From: a virus
Taxonomy: Duplodnaviria > Caudoviricetes
Reading direction: 5' to 3' (one strand)
DNA length: 64,000 nt
Virus record (IMG/VR): IMGVR_UViG_2873258297_000006
Coordinates: 14,029 to 78,028 of that record
The position numbers were made by a program, and so were the translations under genes. The notes beneath the pieces are model-generated. The model worked only from the letters and a program-made list of their open reading frames with translations. It did not search any database and was not told the origin of the DNA. Below, in pieces: positions 18,456-27,534 of the stretch (its first letter is position 1; each line of letters begins with the position of its first letter).

Positions 18456-19754
18456 GTGACCACCTCCGTCGAGAAGAAGGTCAACGGCACGTCCGTGGCC
18501 TCGCCCGAGCCGCGGTTCGACCCGTGCGCGCTGGCCGAGGCGGAGGCGATCCGTACCCGAGCCGACGCCGAAGCCGAAGCGCTGCGCGTCAAGGCCGAGG
18601 GTGAGGCTGACGCCGCGCGAACCCTGGCCGCCGAGCAGGCGGAGAAGGACCGCATCGCCAACGAGCGGGCCCGCATGCGCTTGCAGAAGGAGCAGGCCGA
18701 CCACCAGGCGTACATCGCGAAGAAGGCCGCCGATGCCGCGAAGTCGAAGGCCGAGGAGGACAAGGCGCAGCAGGCTGCCTCCGAGAAGGAGGCCGCGGAG
18801 GCGAAGCGGGATGCGGAGCAGCAGCGCTCCGAGCGCTGGTGGAAGTGGGGTGCCCGCGGCATCTACGCGGTCGGCCTGATCATCGCCGCCCCGGTGCAGT
18901 TCATGCACTTCTGGGACCCGAAGCGGCCGTTCCTCGTCGCCGCCCCCGCCCTCCTCGAAGGCCTCGCCCTCGTTCTTGCGTTCGGCGCCGCGTGGGCGGT
19001 TGCTCACCGGCGGGATGTCGCCCCCTACCGGGTCGGCATCATGCTCGGCGCGGCGATCGCCGCCGGGATCAACATGTACGGCGGCCTGTCCGACGAGCGG
19101 ATCGGCTTCAACGCCGGCCTGATCGGCGCCATCGCCTCCCTCGGTGGGCCGATCGTCCTGATGGCCTACGAGCATGGCATCGCCCAGAAAGCCGACGGGA
19201 TCCCGTCCTTCCGTGAGCGCCGCGCGGCGGAGAAGAAGGCCGCCGCGGAGAAGAAGGCGCGCGAGAGCGCACGGGCCGAGAAGCAGGCCGCGGAGAAACA
19301 GGCCGCGGAGGAGAAGGCGGCCCGCGAGAAGGCCGCGGCGGAGGAGCAGGCGCGCAAGGATGCCGACCGCCAGGCGAAGCACCCCGACGTGTGGGAGGTC
19401 GCCGACGCGCTCCGTTCCGCCCGCGGTTCGCAGTACGTCACCGAGCAGATCTGGGCCGAGGCCTGGTTCCTCGTTACCGGCTGCAAGACGGTCGGTATCC
19501 GCCCCGAAATCGAAGCGCAGTCGCGCGCCGCGCAGGCCCACATGCGGACCGTCACCGACGCGCCCGTTTTGGGACCTCAGTCGCTGATCAGTTCCCAAAT
19601 GGGTTCCCGCACGAAGCGCGACCCGAACGCCCCCGACGGACGCCGTAACAACGGCGGCACGCCGCCCGTTCGCCGGCCCGGCGACACCCAGCCCTACAGC
19701 CCGCTCGCGAAGAAGCAGGCGCGCATCGAGCAGACCACCGAGAAGAAGGACTGA
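18456..19754 (+). CDS. Spd (spread)-like membrane protein with coiled coils
   Basis: Long A/E/K coiled coils flanking about 4 TM helices; immediately upstream of traB. Confidence 0.7.
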   Translation: MTTSVEKKVNGTSVASPEPRFDPCALAEAEAIRTRADAEAEALRVKAEGEADAARTLAAEQAEKDRIANERARMRLQKEQADHQAYIAKKAADAAKSKAEEDKAQQAASEKEAAEAKRDAEQQRSERWWKWGARGIYAVGLIIAAPVQFMHFWDPKRPFLVAAPALLEGLALVLAFGAAWAVAHRRDVAPYRVGIMLGAAIAAGINMYGGLSDERIGFNAGLIGAIASLGGPIVLMAYEHGIAQKADGIPSFRERRAAEKKAAAEKKARESARAEKQAAEKQAAEEKAAREKAAAEEQARKDADRQAKHPDVWEVADALRSARGSQYVTEQIWAEAWFLVTGCKTVGIRPEIEAQSRAAQAHMRTVTDAPVLGPQSLISSQMGSRTKRDPNAPDGRRNNGGTPPVRRPGDTQPYSPLAKKQARIEQTTEKKD

Positions 19755-19763
19755 GACCCCGCC

Positions 19764-21884
19764 ATGGCTACCCCGCTGAGCGACGAGCGCACGCCGCTGG
19801 CCCTCGTCACCGACACCCCGGAGAAGGTCGACCCCGCCGCGTCGTGGGTTGTGGAGAAGCGCCCGCGCCCTGCGTGGATGATGTCCGGCATACAGCTGCG
19901 GCAGTGGGCTATGTACGCGAAGGACAATACCGTCGACGCGGTTGTCTTCCACGCCACCCACTCGCCGTACTACCTCGGCTGGTCGCTGCGCGGCTACCGG
20001 CGCCTGTGCCTGCGCTGGTGGGAGGCCCGGCACGACGACTACCGGCAGCAGATCGCCACCGCCAAGCTGATGCTGCGCCAGGCGAAGGAGCAGCCTCGCG
20101 GTGCCGCGCGCGCCGCGGACGAGTCGAAGGCCCGCGCCCTCCTGGAGGTCCGCCGAGCCGAGTTCAAGGCGCACAAGAAGCGGCACTGGATCCGCACCGG
20201 CATCAGCGGCCTGATCATCGTCGGCGGGTCCATGGCCGCCTTCACGCAGGGCAGCTGGTGGATGCAGGTGCTGCTCGCCCTCGCGGTCATCTTCACCGGC
20301 GTCTACTTCGGCCGACCCGACGCGCCGACCGTCGCCCCGATCCAGGCGCCGACCCGTACCTCGCACCTCGGGGAGGAGACCATGCGGCGCGTCCTCGTCG
20401 AGGCCGGCGTCGTACCTGAGAAGCGGGCGACGGAGATCCGTGGCGTGGGCCTGCCCCACACCGATGGGCCCGGCATCGCTTACGCGGTCGACCTACCCTC
20501 CGGCATCCCCGCCTCTGCGGCGCTCGGTAAGGAGACGCAGAAGAAGATCGCGTCCGCTCTCGCCGTGCACCTGGACTGGATCGACCTCGACGTCGACCGC
20601 AGTCCCGGCAGCAGCGAGTCCCGCCTCACGGTGTGGGTATCCAACGGCGACCCGTTCGCCGTCGTCCGCCGCTCCCCGCTCCTCGACCACAAGGGGCAGC
20701 TCAACACCTTCCGCGACGGCATCCCAGCCTCGTTCGGAAAGCGCGGCAACCCGATCATCCTGCGGATCCGCGACACCAGCATCCTCGTTGCGGGCGCCAC
20801 CCGCCGCGGCAAGGGCATGTTCCTGGCGAACATCCTGATCGGCGTCATGAAGGACCCGTGGGTCAACGTCCGGATCTTCGACGGCAAGGGGACGGCAGAG
20901 CACAACCCCTACGCGCCGACCCTGGCCACGTTCGTGAAGCGCAACCCCGAGCGGCTCGCCATCATCACCCGCGCGATCGTCGCCGAACTCGACCGCCGCT
21001 CCGACCTCCTTGACGAGCACGGCTACGAGAAGATCGACGACGACAACTACGACGAGGTCATGGAACTCCTCGGCGGCCGGGAAGTCTTCATCTGCGACGA
21101 ACTCGCCACCTACACACCCAAGGGCACTAGCCCCTACGACGAGGAGATCACAGAGAACCTGTCGCAGATCGCCGCCGTCGGCGCTGCGCTCGGAGTCCTT
21201 CTCATCAGCGTCACCCAGGTTCCCGAGGTCAGCGTCATCCGCGGCCGACTCCGCCAGAACCACATCGGCCGCGCCGCGATGAACACCGAGTCCGGCACCG
21301 CGTCCAACACCATCCTCGGCGACGGCATGACCGGGCAGGGATATGACGCATCCAAGATCCCGATCGACCAGCCGGGGCGATTCTGGCTGGCCACCCCCGA
21401 GACCGGCGTCATCGAAGGCCGCTCCTACCTGGTCACGCCCGATGACAAGAAGCGGGTCGCGGCTGAGGGTTACGAGATCCGCAAGGCCGCCAGCCGCCTG
21501 CCAGGCCAGTGGCGCGACCCGATCGAGGAGCACCTGCAGCAGGTGACCGGCGTGTCCTCCGCGGCCGGCGGCGAGGGAGGCAAGGGGCGCATCGTCCACT
21601 TCGACTTCCTTACCTGGCTGGAGGATCTGGCCCTGTCCACGGGGCGCGGCAACGTCACGAACCTGGAAGTGTTCACCAGCCTCGTCGACATGTCGCCGGA
21701 GTATGCGCGCCGTGACGGCGAAACGGACGAGGGCTGGACTGCCCGGGTCGGGAAGCTCGTCAGGGACTTGATCGCTGCGACGGGCGCCGAACTGCGGGTC
21801 AAGCGCGTGCCGGTGGACGACGGGAAGCGCTCGCAGGGCTACCTCCTCGACGACGTCACGAAGGCCCGCAAAAGCCGCAAGTAA
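19764..21884 (+). CDS. traB: TraB-type FtsK/SpoIIIE conjugal DNA translocase
   Basis: N-terminal TM pair, Walker A AGATRRGKG, Walker B FICDE, RLRQN motif, C-terminal wHTH-like domain; not a phage structural gene. Confidence 0.8.
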   Translation: MATPLSDERTPLALVTDTPEKVDPAASWVVEKRPRPAWMMSGIQLRQWAMYAKDNTVDAVVFHATHSPYYLGWSLRGYRRLCLRWWEARHDDYRQQIATAKLMLRQAKEQPRGAARAADESKARALLEVRRAEFKAHKKRHWIRTGISGLIIVGGSMAAFTQGSWWMQVLLALAVIFTGVYFGRPDAPTVAPIQAPTRTSHLGEETMRRVLVEAGVVPEKRATEIRGVGLPHTDGPGIAYAVDLPSGIPASAALGKETQKKIASALAVHLDWIDLDVDRSPGSSESRLTVWVSNGDPFAVVRRSPLLDHKGQLNTFRDGIPASFGKRGNPIILRIRDTSILVAGATRRGKGMFLANILIGVMKDPWVNVRIFDGKGTAEHNPYAPTLATFVKRNPERLAIITRAIVAELDRRSDLLDEHGYEKIDDDNYDEVMELLGGREVFICDELATYTPKGTSPYDEEITENLSQIAAVGAALGVLLISVTQVPEVSVIRGRLRQNHIGRAAMNTESGTASNTILGDGMTGQGYDASKIPIDQPGRFWLATPETGVIEGRSYLVTPDDKKRVAAEGYEIRKAASRLPGQWRDPIEEHLQQVTGVSSAAGGEGGKGRIVHFDFLTWLEDLALSTGRGNVTNLEVFTSLVDMSPEYARRDGETDEGWTARVGKLVRDLIAATGAELRVKRVPVDDGKRSQGYLLDDVTKARKSRK

Positions 21885-22037
21885 CCCCTGGCAGACCCCT
21901 GGCGGCGAGTGGATATCCCCAGGTCGCTGCCCTGACACACCCCTGACAGCCGCGGTCTCGAACAGTTCGGCGAGCCACACGCAGTCAGGGGTCTGTCAGG
22001 GGTCCCACCTGCAGGTATCCAGACTCCGCCAGGGGTC
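21883..22037. repeat. clt-like locus: GACCCCTG 8-mer direct and inverted repeats
   Basis: (G/A/C)ACCCCTG at 21883, 21894, 21938; CAGGGGTC at 21986, 21997, 22030; directly after the traB stop. Confidence 0.7.
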
Positions 22038-22072
22038 CGCCACCCCCAAAAGACTCAGGAAGGACTGGCCCG

Positions 22073-22678
22073 ATGCTCACCCTGAAGATCCAGCAGATGA
22101 CGGTCGACGGGCACCCCTACCTGTGCCCTGACTGTGCCTCGCAGGCCTTCACTCTCGACGGCAGCGGCTTCATCGACGCGTTCCCCGTCTGGGGCAACTG
22201 CTGGAACGGCCACAGGTGGGAAGAGCCCCTCATCACCCTCGGCACGCTGAAGGAAATCAAGGCTGCGAGCACCGGCCGCGAGCGCGCCGAGGACGACGAC
22301 GCCTTCGCGATCGTCATCGGCGGCGCCGTCCTCGCAGGGATCCTCCACCCCGAACTCACCGCCGACGACCTGAAGACGGCAGGCGGCGCCGCCTGGAAGC
22401 GGATCATCAAGCCCGCTGTGCGTCGTCGGAAGCGCGCAGCCTTCCGTGCCGTCAAGCGGCCCGTCTCCAACGCGGTCGCCGCCGCGCAAGCCGCAGCCAT
22501 CGGTGCCGCTTGGGTCCTCCAGGCCGGCGGCCACAGCCCCGACCCCGACTACAAGCCCGAGCCCATCAACCCGTGCGCTGCCTGCGGCGGGAAGGGCGGC
22601 CACAACATCGAATACCGCCTGCACAAAACCACCCGCGTCCGCTGCTCCGTGTGCTCCGGCACCGGCGAAATCGACTAG
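22073..22678 (+). CDS. Zn-finger protein (DnaJ-like CxxCxGxG C-terminus)
   Basis: CPDC, CAACGGKGG, CSVCSGTG; RBS AGGAAGGA. Confidence 0.7.
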   Translation: MLTLKIQQMTVDGHPYLCPDCASQAFTLDGSGFIDAFPVWGNCWNGHRWEEPLITLGTLKEIKAASTGRERAEDDDAFAIVIGGAVLAGILHPELTADDLKTAGGAAWKRIIKPAVRRRKRAAFRAVKRPVSNAVAAAQAAAIGAAWVLQAGGHSPDPDYKPEPINPCAACGGKGGHNIEYRLHKTTRVRCSVCSGTGEID

Positions 22679-22691
22679 GAGACCCACCACC

Positions 22692-23180
22692 ATGCCCACC
22701 CTGCCCGAGCCGAAGCCCACCGCCCCCGCGGCCGGGCAGGCCCACCTCAACGACCAAGCGCAGCAGCTCCTCGCCGCGATCGAGGACGCCATGCGCACCC
22801 CAACCAGCTTCCGCGACGACACACCGGTTCCGCACCACGGCACCGCCCCGCCCGTACCCCAACCCGGACGGCCGCCAATGAGCCAGGGCGCCGTCGACGC
22901 CAGCACGATGATGCTGTCCGGGGGAGTCGCGACCGTCCTCGTCGGCGGTGCCGCCTCGCTCGTGATGCTGGCGTCCGGACATGCCGACCCCACCGTGTGC
23001 GCCATCATCTTCGGTGCCCCCGCCGGGCTCGTCCTCGCCCTCAGCCGGCTCGTCAAGCGAGCCAAGGAATCCCAGCCCGACGAGCACCACCACCACTACA
23101 ACGGCACCGTCTACCAGGACCAGCGCCACACCCACACCTCGACCCGCGGCGTGTGGGCGAAAACCAACAACCAGCAGTGA
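22692..23180 (+). CDS. SpdD-like membrane protein
   Basis: Pro-rich N-terminus, two TM helices, HHHHYNGTVYQDQR tail typical of Streptomyces plasmid spread-region proteins. Confidence 0.6.
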   Translation: MPTLPEPKPTAPAAGQAHLNDQAQQLLAAIEDAMRTPTSFRDDTPVPHHGTAPPVPQPGRPPMSQGAVDASTMMLSGGVATVLVGGAASLVMLASGHADPTVCAIIFGAPAGLVLALSRLVKRAKESQPDEHHHHYNGTVYQDQRHTHTSTRGVWAKTNNQQ

Positions 23181-23195
23181 GAGGACACTCACCCC

Positions 23196-23345
23196 ATGAC
23201 CAACACCCCGAAGCCCGCCCGCAAGCACACGCCCCTGAAGGCCATCAACCCGAACAGCCAGGCCACAGCCCGCGCCGCGGGACGCGTCGGCGACATCCCC
23301 GGCAGGCGTCCTGTCAAGCCCATCACCTTCGACTCCGCGCTGTAG
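23196..23345 (+). CDS. Small hypothetical protein
   Basis: RBS GAGAGGA; followed by a hairpin at about 23361-23398. Confidence 0.5.
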   Translation: MTNTPKPARKHTPLKAINPNSQATARAAGRVGDIPGRRPVKPITFDSAL

Positions 23346-23466
23346 CGCACCGCAGACGCGAGGGTCCCTGCTGACTTGGGAGTAGCAGGGGCCTTCGTCG
23401 TTCCCGCCCGCATTGTCAGCGGTGGGGGCTACGATCCCGGCCACACCGAGAGTTCCGGGGGGAACC

Positions 23467-23769
23467 ATGAGCCGCCGCACTGTCCTGATCATCCTGTCCG
23501 CTGCCGTCGCCGCACTCGTCATCGCCGGGGCCGTCGTGTGGCTGAACGCCAAGTCGTATGACGACACCGTTGCGGCCTGCAAGAAGGCTTTGGACTCGTC
23601 GTCGACCAAGACTCATCGACCCAGTGCCTGCGAGGGCGTGAAGCAGGATGACTACGACGCTCTCCTGGTGGGCTGGGCTTTGAAGCACGCGTTCGACGAC
23701 ATGCCGAAGTCGGACCAGGACATGCTCGACTACTACGACGACGGGTCGATCAACGGCAGCATCGGCTGA
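23467..23769 (+). CDS. Membrane-anchored/secreted small protein
   Basis: N-terminal signal/TM helix, Cys pair; RBS GGGGGGA. Confidence 0.65.
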   Translation: MSRRTVLIILSAAVAALVIAGAVVWLNAKSYDDTVAACKKALDSSSTKTHRPSACEGVKQDDYDALLVGWALKHAFDDMPKSDQDMLDYYDDGSINGSIG

Positions 23770-23781
23770 CCAGGCGTAGCC

Positions 23782-23811
23782 AGGCCCCGCTCCGGAGTTC
23801 GGGCGGGGCCT
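23782..23811. terminator. Hairpin between convergent genes
   Basis: AGGCCCCGC...GCGGGGCCT. Confidence 0.6.
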
Positions 23812-23826
23812 TCGTCATGCGGCGGG

Positions 23827-24108
23827 CTACTGGCCGTCGTACTCGTACACGAGGGTGCCGTCGTCGTCGCGGCTGGGCTGACCGAGACCGTCGAGGCGCG
23901 GCCGGTAGAGCGCTTTGGGGAGCGGCCGGAGCGGGGTGGTGAGGTCGGCGATCGTGGGCGGCCCCGTGTCGACGGGGAGCACGATGCCGAGGGGCGGCTC
24001 ACCGGTGGACCATGCCATGGTCCGGCCGTCGCCGGGGACGCCGATGAATCGGACGCGCGTGTGGTCGTTGTCGAGGTAGAGCGGCAGAAGGTCGCTGGGC
24101 TCGCTCAT
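23827..24108 (-). CDS. Hypothetical protein
   Basis: ATGA overlap chain on minus strand. Confidence 0.65.
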   Translation of the reverse strand: MSEPSDLLPLYLDNDHTRVRFIGVPGDGRTMAWSTGEPPLGIVLPVDTGPPTIADLTTPLRPLPKALYRPRLDGLGQPSRDDDGTLVYEYDGQ

Positions 24109-24413
24109 GTGGTCGGCTCCTCGCCCGGGCGCACCGGGCCCGCGCTGGCGTGGGGCGCCGACTTGACCTCGTGGCCGCAGGGAAGGTAGCGCGTGACTAC
24201 CACCCTCTCGAACACGCTGGCCTCCGGGTCTTCCAGCCAGTATCGGAAACGCTCGAACTCGACGTTGCAGACGGGGCAGCGCCGCTGCTGCTCGGCGAGC
24301 TCGCGGGCGTACCCGTTCATCAGGTCACTCGCCTCGTCTACCGAGACGCCGAGGACAAGGAGCTTGTTGTACAGCTTCCAGGACGGGCGGCTCATGTCGA
24401 GGGCATCGCTCAT
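24105..24413 (-). CDS. Hypothetical protein
   Basis: Overlap chain; CPVC...CGH. Confidence 0.6.
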   Translation of the reverse strand: MSDALDMSRPSWKLYNKLLVLGVSVDEASDLMNGYARELAEQQRRCPVCNVEFERFRYWLEDPEASVFERVVVTRYLPCGHEVKSAPHASAGPVRPGEEPTT

Positions 24414-24628
24414 GCGGTCTTCTCCTCGCTGCTCGCCGGGCGCTTCGAGCGGCCATCATCCACGGCCGGGGCCTTCGTCGTGCGGGCGGGGACGGCGCGC
24501 GCCATCCACCGGTTGTCGGTGAGGAGCTTCGGCAGCATCACCGGCACGAACCCGGCATCCACCAGCAGGGCGAGCCCTTCCGCGCACTCGTCCTGACTGT
24601 CCGCCTGCACACCGACTCGGATCGCCAT
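24410..24628 (-). CDS. Hypothetical protein
   Basis: Overlap chain. Confidence 0.55.
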   Translation of the reverse strand: MAIRVGVQADSQDECAEGLALLVDAGFVPVMLPKLLTDNRWMARAVPARTTKAPAVDDGRSKRPASSEEKTA

Positions 24629-24680
24629 ATCGGCAGTGTGCCCGGGGTGGTGGGGGAGGCGGGGCGGTTTGCGGGAAGCG

Positions 24681-24935
24681 CTACTCGGTCTCGGCGGCCG
24701 GCTGCGTCTCGGTTGCTCCAGAAGCCCGTTCAGCGTCGACGCGGTCGGCGATCTTCCGCGCCCATTCCCTGCTGTAGGGCGTGTGCTTGGCGATCGTCAT
24801 GAGGGGTACACCGGCTGACCGCGCGTCGGCGATCAGTTCTTCGAGGCTTGTCCTGGCCTTCTCGTGGGTGGCGGTTGCTCGGTCGAGTTTGCGTAGCCAG
24901 GCGGCTTCGGTGTGCGGGTCGGGGCGGGGCGTCAT
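24681..24935 (-). CDS. Putative HTH regulator
   Basis: IADARSAGVPLMTIAKHTPYSREWARKI HTH-like; divergent from the 25114 operon. Confidence 0.6.
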   Translation of the reverse strand: MTPRPDPHTEAAWLRKLDRATATHEKARTSLEELIADARSAGVPLMTIAKHTPYSREWARKIADRVDAERASGATETQPAAETE

Positions 24936-24959
24936 GTCCCAGATGGTCTCACGCGTGGG

Positions 24960-25081
24960 TGCCAAGTCGGTAGGCAGGTTGCTGCCAACTCGGTTGGCGC
25001 TGTCTTCGCGATTCGTCATGCCAACTATGTTGCACTCTCGGTGGTGGTCGTGTCATCATCGAAGTGCCAACAAAGTGGGCA
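24960..25081. promoter_or_regulatory. Four imperfect 17-bp palindromic operators, consensus TGCCAAC-N3-GTTGGCA
   Basis: Sites at 24960, 24983, 25019 and 25065 in a divergent intergenic region. Confidence 0.65.
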
Positions 25082-25113
25082 GTAAGTCGCAGCAGGAACC
25101 GCAGGGGGACCCG

Positions 25114-25452
25114 TTGATCGCCTCGAACCGCAGCCGCCGCGCCACGCTGAAGGCCCGCAGCGTCGCGACCCGCGCCGCCGCCCGCATCGCCCGCAAGGGC
25201 GTGGCCACGCTCGCGAGTCACTGTCTGGCCGCCGGCCTGGCCCCCAAGGAGGCGCGCACCGTCGCCAGTAGCCTGCGAAAGAACGCCGCCAAGGCCGGCG
25301 TGACCGGCGTCGTCGGCACCGCCTACCGCAAAGGTCTGGCTCGCCAGTGCACCCGCTACACCCCGGCCGAGGTCGCCGCCATCGCCGTCATCTACCGACC
25401 CAGGCGGGCCGAGTTCAAGATCGTCGCCGCCCGCCTTGCTCTCGCCGCCTGA
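25114..25452 (+). CDS. Basic Ala/Arg-rich hypothetical protein
   Basis: TTG start with RBS GGGGGA. Confidence 0.6.
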   Translation: MIASNRSRRATLKARSVATRAAARIARKGVATLASHCLAAGLAPKEARTVASSLRKNAAKAGVTGVVGTAYRKGLARQCTRYTPAEVAAIAVIYRPRRAEFKIVAARLALAA

Positions 25453-25470
25453 CGCCGGGAAAGGAACCCC

Positions 25471-25683
25471 ATGCTCAACCCGATGATCCGCCACGTACCC
25501 GGCACGCCCGTCCGCTACCACGGCAGCATCACCACCCTGCACGGCACCTACCAGGCCCACCCGTGCTGCTGCCTCCGCTGCGACGACCCGATCCTCGGCA
25601 CTCCGCGGTTCCGGCTCGCCGACGCGGCTGGGAAGACCGTCGTGTGCTGCGTCCGCGCCCGCTCCATCACCCCCGCCGCCTGA
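25471..25683 (+). CDS. Hypothetical protein
   Basis: RBS AAGGAA. Confidence 0.65.
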   Translation: MLNPMIRHVPGTPVRYHGSITTLHGTYQAHPCCCLRCDDPILGTPRFRLADAAGKTVVCCVRARSITPAA

Positions 25684-25698
25684 TCGAACGGAGAACCC

Positions 25699-25854
25699 AT
25701 GCCCCGCATGATCGGCCGCCAGTGCCCCGACGGGCCTGGTGGACGCGACTGCCACTGCTGCGGCCAGCCGCCCGGCCAGCAGCGGAAGACCGCCCGCCGC
25801 CGGATGAAGCGCAGTGAGCGCAACGCCTGGAAGCGCGACACCCGCCGCACCTGA
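25699..25854 (+). CDS. Small basic Cys-containing protein
   Basis: RBS GGAGA; 51 aa. Confidence 0.5.
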   Translation: MPRMIGRQCPDGPGGRDCHCCGQPPGQQRKTARRRMKRSERNAWKRDTRRT

Positions 25855-25896
25855 CCGCCACCAGCAACCGCCAGACCCGAACCGAAAGAGCACCCC

Positions 25897-26277
25897 ATGA
25901 CCGATACCGCGAACTGGATCTGCCCGCAGCACCCCTTCGGGCACACGTGGCAGGCCGACTCCCTCAAGTGCACCCTGTGCGAGGCCCGGCGGACCGCAAG
26001 CGAAGCGATCGTGGCGCTCCTCGCTGGACTCCCCGGCTGGGACATCCCCCGAGCCGAACGCCTCATCTCCGCCCACCAGGCCGAAGCGGCACCCCCTGCC
26101 GACGACACGATTCCCCTCACCGTCCACTGGGACCGGATCGTCATGCACCCCGGCGAGACCGATGACGACACGATCGTCGGCTGCCTTACCGAGGACGGAC
26201 GGCCCGCCGCCCTCGTCCTCGACGACGAGCACCGCGAAGCCCTCGGCCTCATGCTCGTGGACCCGGACGGCAACTGA
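25897..26277 (+). CDS. Hypothetical protein
   Basis: ORF with host-like codon bias. Confidence 0.65.
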   Translation: MTDTANWICPQHPFGHTWQADSLKCTLCEARRTASEAIVALLAGLPGWDIPRAERLISAHQAEAAPPADDTIPLTVHWDRIVMHPGETDDDTIVGCLTEDGRPAALVLDDEHREALGLMLVDPDGN

Positions 26278-26600
26278 TGCCTCTCATCGACGACATCGAG
26301 TTCTACGGCCGTGCCGTCGCCGCAGGCGAACTCGACCGGGCTCGGGCTGCCGAACTGTTGGCCCGGGACAGCGGCAGTTTCTTCACCGTGCCGTGCGCGG
26401 CCAGCTGGATCGACGGCTGGGAAGGCGTCCGCGCCCGCTTGGACCGAATCCACTCCGACGTGTTCCACACGCTGAAAGCCATCGAGAACGGGCGGCCGGT
26501 CCGCTACCGGGCACTCCCGCCGAAGCTCCCCGCCTGGGAGGAAAGCCCGCACGAAGCCGCCCGCTACGACCGCCACCACTTCGAACGAGACGAGGACTGA
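26277..26600 (+). CDS. Hypothetical protein
   Basis: TGATG coupling. Confidence 0.65.
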   Translation: MPLIDDIEFYGRAVAAGELDRARAAELLARDSGSFFTVPCAASWIDGWEGVRARLDRIHSDVFHTLKAIENGRPVRYRALPPKLPAWEESPHEAARYDRHHFERDED

Positions 26601-26602
26601 AC

Positions 26603-26908
26603 ATGGCCAGCATCACCACGAAGGTGCGGCAGCACCTCATCTCCCTGCGCCTGCAGGGTGCACCCGATGTCGAGAATCGCCACGGGCCCGGCGTACTTCG
26701 CCCGACCGAGGTCCGGGTCACCTACTGGTACGACGGCGACGAGGCGACAACCCCCGACGCCACGGTGCGGCTCTTCGGCTTGTGGGTGAGCGAGGGCGGC
26801 GAAGGGACCGACCACGTAATGGATCAGTCCTACACGGGTCCGCAACGGAACTGGCCCGAGTGGCTCGTCGAGATCGTCCGAGTCAACCAGCCCAAGACGC
26901 GCCGATGA
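26603..26908 (+). CDS. Hypothetical protein
   Basis: RBS GAGGA. Confidence 0.65.
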   Translation: MASITTKVRQHLISLRLQGAPDVENRHGPGVLRPTEVRVTYWYDGDEATTPDATVRLFGLWVSEGGEGTDHVMDQSYTGPQRNWPEWLVEIVRVNQPKTRR

Positions 26909-27132
26909 CCGCCCTGCCCACCCCGTCGCTGGCTGAGGAGTTCCCGATCCGGCAGGTCCGGTTCGTCAACGGCCGCACTTATCACCGCACCCGCCGGCCC
27001 GACGACGAACGCTGGTGGGACCTCCTCGAAGCCGCCTGCGGAAAGCAGGGCTACCTCGCCCGCGGCTACCCGAACGGCGCCATCCGCGAATGCCCCGGCT
27101 GCGTGCGGGCCGTCGAAGCCGACACCGCATGA
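26905..27132 (+). CDS. Hypothetical protein
   Basis: ATGA overlap. Confidence 0.6.
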   Translation: MTALPTPSLAEEFPIRQVRFVNGRTYHRTRRPDDERWWDLLEAACGKQGYLARGYPNGAIRECPGCVRAVEADTA

Positions 27133-27142
27133 CCGACACCGC

Positions 27143-27301
27143 ATGACCGGCACCAACCCGATGGGCTGCCGCTGGTGCGGCATCGACCAGCGGCCCCACG
27201 CCATCCAGTACGGCGCCAACGGCCCCCACACCTGGCAGCAGCCCACCCAGCAGCAAATCAAAGGCCGCATGCTCGCCCGGCGAGCAGAAAGGAAACCATG
27301 A
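27143..27301 (+). CDS. Small hypothetical protein (CRWC motif)
   Basis: 52-aa ORF overlapping the next start; 14-bp tandem duplication at its start. Confidence 0.5.
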   Translation: MTGTNPMGCRWCGIDQRPHAIQYGANGPHTWQQPTQQQIKGRMLARRAERKP

Positions 27302-27534
27302 CCACCTGGCCGTTCGGCACCGACGCCGACGAACACGACCCGCAGGCCACGCCCGAGTGCGGCCAGCACGGCCCGATGGAGCAGCGCCAGCCTGAGACGC
27401 CCGAACAGCGCTGGTGCGGTACCTGGTACCAGTGCACGTCTTTTCGGTGCGGCTCGGCGGCCCTGCTTCCTTCGCTCGAACTGCGAGCACAGCTCGCCGC
27501 CCAACGGGCAGCTTCATCGAAGGCCGCAGCATGA
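27298..27534 (+). CDS. Hypothetical protein
   Basis: RBS AAAGGAAA; ATGA overlap. Confidence 0.6.
   Translation: MTTWPFGTDADEHDPQATPECGQHGPMEQRQPETPEQRWCGTWYQCTSFRCGSAALLPSLELRAQLAAQRAASSKAAA

Noticed and set aside
19220-19345. GCCGCGGAGAAGAAGG-type tandem repeats
   Set aside because: They encode the AAEK/E coiled coil of the Spd-like protein and are not an independent DNA element
18378-21980. Long minus-strand ORFs opposite spd/traB (and similar ones opposite the portal, tape measure and rsr genes)
   Set aside because: Shadow ORFs expected from high GC3 codon bias; low-complexity products without RBS or motifs
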